Part shown: piece by piece, positions 55,825 to 64,000 of the stretch | How the letters are laid out: each line of letters begins with the position of its first letter | Numbering within the stretch: the stretch's first letter is position 1 | From: Alphaproteobacteria bacterium | GTDB lineage: Bacteria > Pseudomonadota > Alphaproteobacteria > SHVV01 | Reading direction: 5' to 3' | Assembly (NCBI GenBank): GCA_965261645.1 | Contig: CBDHDJ010000004.1 | Location: 1,397,273 to 1,461,272 of the forward strand | Length of the DNA stretch: 64,000 bases | The notes under the pieces: model-generated | Database searches by the model: none | What the model was told of the DNA's origin: nothing | The model's input: only the letters and a program-made list of their open reading frames with translations | Made by a program: the position numbers and the translations under genes

Positions 55825-57006
55825 CTACTCCGCCGCCACCGCCAGCGCGTCCGGAGGCGCCTCGATGCCGAACAGACGGGCGCAGTTCAGCCCTGCCGCC
55901 TTGGCGATCACGCGCTCTGGCGTGCCTTTCATCCGCTTCTTGATGATCTCGTGGCTGTTGGGGAAGGTGTTGCGCGGGTGGGGGTAATCGGAGCCCCACA
56001 TGATGCGGTCCTCGCCGATCATGTCCCACGAGCGATCGAAGAAAAGATCGTCGGTGAACGCGGCCCACAGGTTCTCGGCGACGTACTCCTCGATCGATTT
56101 CCTGACCTGGGGAATGTGCATGGCGAGACCGAGCGCGCCCTGCATCTGCTTGCAGCGGTAGAACCAGTAGGGGAACCAGGAGCACTCGTACTCGCCGGAG
56201 ATGACCTGCAGTTTCGGGAAACGGTCGAAAATCCCGCCGAAGATGAACTCGTTGACCAGCGTGTATTGCTGATCGCCGAAGATCCTGAGGAAGTATTCGG
56301 GCCCCTCTTCCTGCTCTTCCGGCGTGATGAAGGCAAAGGGATCGACGGTTTCGCCGGTGCCGAGGTGGAGCGTGATCGGCATGTCGAGGTCGACGGCCGC
56401 GGCCCAGAAGCGGTCGTAGTCCGGCTTGCGGTAAGGCGCAAAGTTTTTCGGCAGATCGGTGTTGATGATCGCCGTCCGGTGGCCGAGCTTGCGGGTGCGG
56501 GCGAGCTCCTTGAGCGCCCACTCTTGATCGTGCATCGGGATCATGGCCGAGCCGACCAAGCGCTTCGGATCGTGGTTGCAATACGCGGCGCAGAAATCGT
56601 TGAACACGGCGGCGCAGTCCTGCAGGACTGCGGTCTCGCGGATGCGCATGGCGAGCAGCATGTTGGTCGCCTGGATCAGCTCGGAATCGACGCCGTCGAT
56701 GTCCATCAGCTTGAGGCGTTCCGCGGGATCGGAGTTGGCCTTGAGCACGCGCTCGGCGAGTTCAGGCGAGAGATCACCGCTCTCGACCGCGAGCGTTGAG
56801 TCCGGCGTGTCGCCCGCATTCTCCTGGCGCAGGTCGTCGACGCCCATGTAATCGAAGCCGCAGAAGAAGAAGTCGCCCTTGATGCCTTTGGCATCGGACA
56901 CCCGATGCGGCACCTTGTCGCCGTGCTTGTCGCCGAGCGCGCTAGTCCACAGGTCGTAGGGCTCGGTGATGTGCGAATCCGACGACATGACGAACTTGAG
57001 ATCCAT
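55825..57006 (-). CDS. Amidohydrolase_2 family protein
   Basis: SSDSHITEP, MDIDGV, TLHLG, RFPKL, MWGSDYPH. Confidence 0.92.
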   Translation of the reverse strand: MDLKFVMSSDSHITEPYDLWTSALGDKHGDKVPHRVSDAKGIKGDFFFCGFDYMGVDDLRQENAGDTPDSTLAVESGDLSPELAERVLKANSDPAERLKLMDIDGVDSELIQATNMLLAMRIRETAVLQDCAAVFNDFCAAYCNHDPKRLVGSAMIPMHDQEWALKELARTRKLGHRTAIINTDLPKNFAPYRKPDYDRFWAAAVDLDMPITLHLGTGETVDPFAFITPEEQEEGPEYFLRIFGDQQYTLVNEFIFGGIFDRFPKLQVISGEYECSWFPYWFYRCKQMQGALGLAMHIPQVRKSIEEYVAENLWAAFTDDLFFDRSWDMIGEDRIMWGSDYPHPRNTFPNSHEIIKKRMKGTPERVIAKAAGLNCARLFGIEAPPDALAVAAE

Positions 57007-57163
57007 GACTGTCCTTCCCTGTCACATCCGTTGCACGCCCGTTTCGCCGCCTCCTGTGCGCCGCATCGGGGGCTTGTGCGCCTCACTCCACCTATAGCCC
57101 ACCTGATGCGGACCGACCAGCCCTTGACGCCGCCGCGCCGAACGCGGCGAAAGTGCGAGCCGG

Positions 57164-58190
57164 CTAAACGCGGGGGTTGCGCGCCACCACAACGCCGTCT
57201 TGCGTGGTGAAGGGGCCTGAGGGCGTCTCGTAGCGGCTCTCGGGAAGGATGTCCGCATGGATCTCCCAGCCCCGGGTTAAGAACATCGCGGCCATCGTTC
57301 GATGGAGCGCGATGCCATGGGTGCCGAGGTGGAGCCAGCGCACCGTCTTTGCGAGGGTGTCTTGTGCGGGCGGCAACGCGATGGCCTCCGAGGCCTGGAT
57401 GTCGATCTCCAAATAATCGACCCGGCCGAACGGCGAGAGGATGTCGGCGACGGTCAGCGCGCTGACCATTTCCAGCTCGCCCTCTATGCCGCCGGTGCCC
57501 CCCAGCGGCATCCGCAGTCCCGTCGAGCGTGTCCTCAGCAGGTTCTCCAGGACGCGCTCGCAAAGGTCGGCGTCCCGAATGACCTCGAACAACGATTTCA
57601 CCATGTCGCCGCCATGAAATGCGAAGTTCGCGCCCGTGCGCACCTCCGTCGTCGGAAAAATTACCGGCCTGTTGGTGTCGCTGACCACCGCGTTGATGAT
57701 GGCGTGGTCGTCGGGGTCGATCCCGTTGTTGCGGAAATGGCGCCGGAGTTTCTGGCCCATGTGATGATCGCCCTCGACGCCGACAAGCTTGAAAGGCATG
57801 GGGTTGATGCGCCGCACCGCGAGGGCCGCGTTCACCAGCGGCCGCCCATCGTGCGCGCCGAGTTGAGACCGCGACATAGCGCTCGCGCGCCTGCTTGACC
57901 GAGCTCACCAGCGAATAAAGCTCCAGATACGCCTCGCCGCCGCGGGGGTCTGGCAGATCGGGTTGGCTGAACTCGATCTCCTCGAAGTCCGGATCAGGGC
58001 GCGAGTCCCTTTCGTCGGGCGCGACGGCGCCGAGAAAATTGCGTTCGCGTTCCGTTGGCGCAAACCCGCACCACGGCTCGATCCCGGCGAACGTATCGGT
58101 CGCGCGCTCGAGAATGGCGGCATCCAGGGTCAGGGTGTCGTCGCTTTGCGCGCAGGCCGGTGCGGCGGCGTGCTGGAATCCCGTCTCCAT
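57164..58190 (-). pseudogene. FkbM-like SAM methyltransferase, frameshifted
   Basis: N-terminal frame from 58190 shifts near 57865 into QLGAHDG..VEGD..NAVV..VDYLEIDIQASE..HLGTH. Confidence 0.65.
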
Positions 58191-58351
58191 CGAGCAAGTA
58201 TCGCGGCAACATGGTTAACGAATTGTTGCCTGGCGCTTCGATTGATAAATAGTGCTGAGAGACCTATCCTCGTGACATTGGCGTGCCACGCCGGCCATGA
58301 TGTTCACCGGTTGGCGTCGGGCGCCAGCAACGATCTCCCGGGAGGGATGCC

Positions 58352-59143
58352 ATGAGTGAATTCGCCTATCCCGTCAGCGCCGAGACGCTTGCTGCCTTCG
58401 AGCGCGACGGCGCGGTGAAGCTCGAAGCCGTGATCGATGAAGGTTGGCTCGACCGGCTTCTGGACGCGGTCAAGCGAGCCGAAAGCCTGCCCGGGGGGGT
58501 TTGGTTCAAGATCTACGTGTGGCGCGTCGATCCGGTCTTTCGCGCTTATTGTTTCGAATCGCCCGTGCCCGGCATCGCGGCCCAGTTCTTGAAGACCGAC
58601 AAGGTCAACCTGCTTTACGACCAGCTCTTGGTGAAGCCCCCGAAGGCGGAGCCCACGCCATGGCACAACGACTTGCCCTACTGGCCGCTCGCCGGCACGT
58701 CCGTCATGAGTGTCTGGCTCGCGCTCAGCCCGGTGACGGTGGCGAACGGCGGGCTCGAGTTCATTCGCGGCTCGAACAATTGGAACAAGCGGTTCCAGCC
58801 CTTCGATTCCGATGACGCCGGGATCCCTATCGCAGCCCCCGACCCGAGCCCCGGCTGCGTGCCTATGCCCGATTTCGCGGCCGAGCGCGACGAGCTCGAC
58901 CTCATCTCGTTTGAACTGGACCCTGGCGACGCCGTCGCGTTCCACGCGCTCACCGTCCACACCGGGGGCGAGCTCGCCCCCGACGCCGAACCCCGCATGG
59001 GTTACTCGCTTCGCTTCACCGGCCCCGAGGTGCGCTACCGCGTGGCGCCGTCGATGAACCAGCGCGTTTTCAATCCGGATCTCAAGCCGGGCGATCCCCT
59101 GGACAGCGATCAGTATCCCGTCGTCTACCGAAAAGCGTCCTGA
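58352..59143 (+). CDS. PhyH-family Fe(II)/2-oxoglutarate dioxygenase
   Basis: FERDGAV, TPWHNDLPYW, SVWLAL, GGLEFIRGS, PGDAVAFHALTVH. Confidence 0.92.
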   Translation: MSEFAYPVSAETLAAFERDGAVKLEAVIDEGWLDRLLDAVKRAESLPGGVWFKIYVWRVDPVFRAYCFESPVPGIAAQFLKTDKVNLLYDQLLVKPPKAEPTPWHNDLPYWPLAGTSVMSVWLALSPVTVANGGLEFIRGSNNWNKRFQPFDSDDAGIPIAAPDPSPGCVPMPDFAAERDELDLISFELDPGDAVAFHALTVHTGGELAPDAEPRMGYSLRFTGPEVRYRVAPSMNQRVFNPDLKPGDPLDSDQYPVVYRKAS

Positions 59144-59149
59144 CCACGA

Positions 59150-59360
59150 GAACTCGGCCCCCAGCACGCCTTGGGCGGGCCCCATGCGGGAAAGCTCACG
59201 TCCTGCGATCGAGCGATCTGCGACGCAAACATCTGCATTGTCGATGAGGATGACAACGAACGCCCCCGCGGTGAAATTGGTGAAATTGCCGTCCGTGGTC
59301 CGATGATGATGCTGGGCTAATGGACTATGCCGGAGGAAACCGCTGAAGCGCTGATAGAGC
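59150..59360 (+). pseudogene. Internal fragment of an acyl-CoA synthetase (AMP-binding)
   Basis: My translation: GKLTSCDRA..ICIVDEDDNERPRGEIGEIAVRGPMMMLG*WTMPEETAEAL, with TAA at 59318-59320 where GYW is expected. Confidence 0.75.
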
Positions 59361-59476
59361 GGCTCGACCTCGGTGTGCCCGCCCTGGACGGGGTAGATCA
59401 CCGCCAGATTGTTCAGGGTCGTTATCGGAGGGCAGCCATGAAAGTACCTACATTCGTCCCGCTGAACACACGCTAT

Positions 59477-60920
59477 CAGCCCGTTGATTAAGTCGGCGCC
59501 GTCTGATTCTCTGGTTCCCTGATTTGCAGGGGGATTTGCCGATGGCGATGGGACGGCAGAAGGATGGTCAGGGGGACCTGATGGTGAGCTGGTCGGAGAT
59601 GCCGCGCTCTCCGGGTCATGTGTTTTATGACCGCTTGCAGTCGGTGCTGATCGAGGGCGGCTTCGACGCCTTTGCCGAGGCGAGCTGCCGGCCTTATTAC
59701 GCGGTCCGGATGGGCGCGCCCTCGGTGCCGCCCGGGCGCTATTTCCGGATGCACCTGGTGGGCTACTTTGAGGGCATCGACAGCGAGCGCGGTCTGGAGT
59801 GGCGCTGCTCGGACTCGCTTTCGCTGCGGGCGTTCCTGCGACTGGGGAGCCGTGATCGGGTACCGGACCATTCCTGGCTGTCACGGAGCCGCACGCGCCT
59901 GCCCCATGAAGTCCACGCGGCGGTCTTCGACTGGGTTCTGGTGCTGATCGCCGAGGCGGGGCTGATTAAGGGCGAGCGCATCGGCGTCGATGCCTCGACC
60001 ATGGAGGCCAACGCGGCGCTGCGGAACATCGTGCGGCGCGACAACGGCGAAGGCTACCGGGAGATGCTGGAGCGCCTGGCCCGGGAAAGCGGGGTCGAGA
60101 CACCCACGGCCGAGGACCTGGCGCGTCTGGACCGGAAGCGCAAGGGCAAGAAGCTTTCCAACACGGATTGGGTTTCGAAGAGCGACCCCGAGGCCAAGAT
60201 CACCAAGATGAAGGACGGCACGACGCATCTGGCCTACAAGCCCGAGCACGCGGTGGATCTGGACACCGGCGCGGTGGTGGCGGCCGAGCTGCACCCGGCC
60301 GATGAGGGCGACACCACGACGCTTTCCAAGACCCTGGCGAAGGCCGAGGCAAACCTCGAGGCGGTGGATGCGGCACCGACATCGGAGGACCCGGCCGAAT
60401 GCGTCGCCGACAAAGGTTATCACTCACGGGCGGTCTTGAGGGCTCTGAACGACAGTCCCTGGAAGACCCGGATCGCGGCGCCCAAGCAGACCGGCTTTTC
60501 GCGCTGGCACGGTGATGAGGCGGCGCGGCGCGCGGTCACCAATAACCGTGCGCGGCTCAAGTCCGGGGTCGCCCGCGAGGCCTTCAAGCTGCGCGCCGAG
60601 ATCGTCGAGCGCTGCTTTGCCCACAACCTCGATCGTGGCGGCATGCGACGAACCTGGCTGCGCGGGCGAGAGAATGTGCACAAGCGATACCTGCTCCACG
60701 TCGCCGGCCACAATCTATCGTTACTGATGCGCCAGCTCATCGGCGCCGGCACCCCGCGGGAGGCCGTGGCGGGCGGATATGGCGGTATTTTCGTTCTGCT
60801 CACGCCCACCGGGGCCATGCTGGTGGCACGGGGGGGCTCGCAAAGCGGCCAGACGGCTTTCGCCGCCGCATTCCTCATCTGGGAGTGAGAGCCGGAAAAA
60901 GCCACTTAATCAACGGGCTG
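59477..60920 (+). mobile_element. IS1182/IS5-like insertion sequence, copy 3 (complete, 1444 bp)
   Basis: Same IRs as copy 2; flanks CTAT (left) and TTAA (right) do not match. Confidence 0.96.
59524..60888 (+). CDS. IS1182-like DDE transposase
   Basis: 454 aa, identical to the copy 2 protein except for the last residue. Confidence 0.93.
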   Translation: MQGDLPMAMGRQKDGQGDLMVSWSEMPRSPGHVFYDRLQSVLIEGGFDAFAEASCRPYYAVRMGAPSVPPGRYFRMHLVGYFEGIDSERGLEWRCSDSLSLRAFLRLGSRDRVPDHSWLSRSRTRLPHEVHAAVFDWVLVLIAEAGLIKGERIGVDASTMEANAALRNIVRRDNGEGYREMLERLARESGVETPTAEDLARLDRKRKGKKLSNTDWVSKSDPEAKITKMKDGTTHLAYKPEHAVDLDTGAVVAAELHPADEGDTTTLSKTLAKAEANLEAVDAAPTSEDPAECVADKGYHSRAVLRALNDSPWKTRIAAPKQTGFSRWHGDEAARRAVTNNRARLKSGVAREAFKLRAEIVERCFAHNLDRGGMRRTWLRGRENVHKRYLLHVAGHNLSLLMRQLIGAGTPREAVAGGYGGIFVLLTPTGAMLVARGGSQSGQTAFAAAFLIWE

Positions 60921-61011
60921 TTAACCGCGCTGCCAAACTGTCTAACAAAGTGGGACCACCTCAACGCCCGAGGAAGCGGCAACGATCTACGGGGACATCA
61001 TCGACGATCTA

Positions 61012-62160
61012 GTGGATTGATCGGATCGAAAGAGTCCGATTTGGGATTCAGTATTGTGCCGTGGCATGCGAGTCTGGCACATGCGCGGCGGAATCTCCTT
61101 CACTGTATCGGCCGGCGACGGTCAGCGATTGCGCGCGATCGTCGCGGACCCCAAGAGCCCGCAGAAGCACGTCTGGCGGGCGCGTATTGTCCTTCTGAGC
61201 GGCGCGGGTCTGGGTACCTCGGCGATCATGGGCGAGACCGACAAGTCCAAGACCTGCGTGTGGCGCTGGCAGGAGCGCTTCATGCACGAGGGCGTCGGCG
61301 GCCTGCTTCGCGACAAGTCCCGCCCGCCGGGCAAGGCGCCGATCGCGCCTGATCGCGTCGCCTGGATCGTCCGTCAGACGCAGCAACCGCCGCCGCACGA
61401 GGCAACCCACTGGACGCTGCGCGCGATGGCCAAGGCGGCCGGCGTCGCCGCGTCGACGGTGCAGGCGATCTGGAAAGCCCACGGCCTCAGCCCGCACCGC
61501 TGGCGGAACTTCAAGCTCTCGAACGACCCGGCCTTCGCCGAGAAGCTCGCCGATATCGTCGGCTTGTATGTCGATCCACCGGCCCATGCGGTGGTGCTGT
61601 CGATCGACGAGAAGTCGCAGATCCAAGCACTCGACCGCACCCAGCCCGGCCTGCCGATGAAGAAGGGCCGCGCCGGCACCATGACCCATGACTACAAACG
61701 CCACGGCACGACCACGCTGTTCGCGGCGCTCAACATTCTGGATGGAACGGTCATCGGGCAGAACATGCAGCGCCACCGCCATCAGGAGTTCATCCGCTTC
61801 CTCAACCGCATCGAGCGCGAGGTGCCGGCGGACAAGGCCATCCACGTGATCCTCGACAATTACGCGGCGCACAAGAAGGACAAGGTCAGCGCCTGGCTCG
61901 ACCGTCATCCACGCTGGACTTTCCACTTCACGCCAACCTCGTGTTCGTGGCTAAATGCCGTCGAGGGCTTCTTTGCCAAACTCACGCGGCGCAGGCTCAA
62001 GCACGCTATCTTCCATTCCCTCGTCGATCTCCAGGCCGCCATCAATCGCTTCGTCCGTGAATACAATGCCGCCAACCCACAACCATTCATCTGGAAAGCA
62101 CATCCCGATGACATCATCGCCGCACGAAACCGAGGGTTCCAAACGTTGAAATCAATCCAC
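61012..62160 (+). mobile_element. IS630-family insertion sequence B
   Basis: Ends GTGGATTGAT / ATCAATCCAC; inserted in CTAG with TA duplicated (61010-61011 and 62161-62162). Confidence 0.92.
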
Positions 62161-62163
62161 TAG
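61081..62163 (+). CDS. IS630 transposase
   Basis: RARIVL, THWT, SIDEKSQIQAL, DYKRHGTTTLFAAL, LDNYAAHK, SWLNAVE. Confidence 0.93.
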   Translation: MRGGISFTVSAGDGQRLRAIVADPKSPQKHVWRARIVLLSGAGLGTSAIMGETDKSKTCVWRWQERFMHEGVGGLLRDKSRPPGKAPIAPDRVAWIVRQTQQPPPHEATHWTLRAMAKAAGVAASTVQAIWKAHGLSPHRWRNFKLSNDPAFAEKLADIVGLYVDPPAHAVVLSIDEKSQIQALDRTQPGLPMKKGRAGTMTHDYKRHGTTTLFAALNILDGTVIGQNMQRHRHQEFIRFLNRIEREVPADKAIHVILDNYAAHKKDKVSAWLDRHPRWTFHFTPTSCSWLNAVEGFFAKLTRRRLKHAIFHSLVDLQAAINRFVREYNAANPQPFIWKAHPDDIIAARNRGFQTLKSIH

Positions 62164-62605
62164 CGGAGGGTTACGCGCTCTCTGCCGATCCGGTGGCGGA
62201 GAACTACCGCACGTGGCGGCGCTACAACACAGCGCCTTACCTATCGGCCCCGCACGGCAGCCGCTACGTCAACAACTAAGCGAATGGCAAGGCCAAAGGC
62301 TATGGCGAGGGCGAGGTCATGCCACCTGGTGCCATCTTCGCCAAGGACAGCTTTACCCTTGCCGCCGATGGCGGCGTCTTCGGTGGCGCGCTTTTCATCA
62401 TGAAGAAATTACCGCCCGCCGCGAATCCCGAAACCGCCGACTGGCGTTACGCGATGATCCTTCCCGATGGCAGCCTGTTCGGCGACAGCCAGGAGAACGT
62501 CGTCTTCTGCCACACCTGCCATGTCAGAGTGGCGCGGAACGATCACCTGTTCTTCGTCCCGCGGGAGTACCGTCCCGCTCCGTGAGGTTTGACGCGAGTG
62601 GCGGG

Positions 62606-63474
62606 CTACCGCGGCGCCCTCTCCACGCTGCGGATGCCGAAGGCGATTACGATGCCGACGGCGGCGAGGATGAGATAGAGCCAGCTCGATTCGTTCCAAC
62701 CGCCGAACCTGAGAACGATGACGGCGAGTACCGGCGGGCCAAAGAGCAGGCCGAAACTGCTGCCCTGCAGGATGACGCCCGTGACCGCGCCGGCCTGGTG
62801 GGGCGTCGGCGCGTGGGCGGGTATGCCGGCGAACACCGCGCCGGGGATGAATCCCCCGATCAGGGCGAATCCGGCGGCGCAAAGCAGCCGCCAAACCTCG
62901 GCGAGCTCGGCGGCGAAGATGCCGAGGGGGAAGACACCGAGCGCGAGCGAAGAGACCGCGACAAGGTGCCACCGGGCGATACCGAACTGTAGCAGCCAGC
63001 CGCCGAGGATGTTGGACGGGATAAAGAGCGCCATGAAGACGGCCGTGATCAAGGCGGCCGCGGTCGGAGAGCGGCCCATGCTCTCGATCAGGAAGGTGGG
63101 CAGCCAGGTGATGATCGAGAAGGCGGTCAAGCTCAAGATGAAGAAGGATGCCGTCAGCAACCAGGGTCCGCGCAAGGCGATGGTGAGCCGCACGTGCCGC
63201 CAGCTTTGACGCTGCTCGCGGGGTAGCGCGACACCGACGGCGGACGAGCGCATCACGAGATAGAACAGGGCCAGGAAACCGGCGCCGAGGGCCGCGTTAG
63301 CGAACCACATGGCGCGCCAGCCGAATGCCTCGAGGAAGAGCGGCGAAAGCGCGATCATGGCGGAGATGCCGATCGGGAAATAGGCGCTCCAGATTCCCAT
63401 CGCCAGGCGCATGGCCTGCGGCGCGCAGACCTGGGCGAGGAACGGCATGCCGGCGACGACGATGGCTATTATAG
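62606..63474 (-). pseudogene. MFS transporter (CynX-like), 5'-truncated by an IS
   Basis: About 8 TM segments (AMGIWSAYFPIG, FGWRAMW, TWLPTFL); the N-terminus is replaced by IS sequence at 63475. Confidence 0.8.
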
Positions 63475-64000
63475 CAGCCCGTTGATTAAGTGGCTTTTTC
63501 CGGCTCTCACTCCCAGATGAGGAATGCGGCGGCGAAAGCCGTCTGGCCGCTTTGCGAGCCCCCCCGTGCCACCAGCATGGCCCCGGTGGGCGTGAGCAGA
63601 ACGAAAATACCGCCATATCCGCCCGCCACGGCCTCCCGCGGGGTGCCGGCGCCGATGAGCTGGCGCATCAGTAACGATAGATTGTGGCCGGCGACGTGGA
63701 GCAGGTATCGCTTGTGCACATTCTCTCGCCCGCGCAGCCAGGTTCGTCGCATGCCGCCACGATCGAGGTTGTGGGCAAAGCAGCGCTCGACGATCTCGGC
63801 GCGCAGCTTGAAGGCCTCGCGGGCGACCCCGGACTTGAGCCGCGCACGGTTATTGGTGACCGCGCGCCGCGCCGCCTCATCACCGTGCCAGCGCGAAAAG
63901 CCGGTCTGCTTGGGCGCCGCGATCCGGGTCTTCCAGGGACTGTCGTTCAGAGCCCTCAAGACCGCCCGTGAGTGATAACCTTTGTCGGCGACGCATTCGG
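63475..64000 (-). mobile_element. IS1182/IS5-like insertion sequence, copy 4 (partial)
   Basis: Right IR begins at 63475; transposase 3' end at 63507-64000; flank ATAG (CTAT in IS orientation). Confidence 0.95.

Larger units (their letters stand above)
60946..62585 (+). pseudogene. Cytochrome P460-family-like c-type heme protein; 5'-truncated, IS-interrupted, nonsense codon
   Basis: Removing the IS630 rejoins ..IYGDIIDDL-AEGYALS..HGSRYVNN*AN..MPPGAIFAKDSF..LFIMKK..DWRYAMI..CHTCH; TAA at 62277-62279. Confidence 0.7.

Overview
GC-rich alphaproteobacterial (Rhodospirillales-like) chromosome segment. An intact core spans about 3.2-49.9 kb: XRE-metK-trmB-rimP-nusA-ylxR-infB-rbfA-truB-rpsO-pnp; a FabK/FabX-like flavo-Fe-S enzyme; irr-rubrerythrin-FeS oxidoreductase-DUF3501 with two ICE boxes; a minus-strand ubiE-ubiB-coaBC-dut-rrf2-cysK-moeB-dsrE-SH3 run; mutM, rpsT, rhodanese-dnaA-dnaN-recF-gyrB; and ADP-heptose genes. 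The accessory parts (1-2.9, 38.6-42.2 and 50-64 kb) are heavily eroded. They hold four near-identical copies of a 1444-bp IS1182-like element, two different IS630-family elements, and about 10 pseudogenes or fragments. Swapped target-site flanks suggest an IS-mediated inversion at 60.9-63.5 kb. No CRISPR array, rRNA or tRNA was recognised. I found no clear-cut novel system. The best leads are the FabX/UfaA-like enzyme at the usual fabI-fabB-fabA position, the ICE-controlled rubrerythrin module, the rhodanese coupled to dnaA, and the erosion signature. All family assignments come from motif recognition, not database searches.
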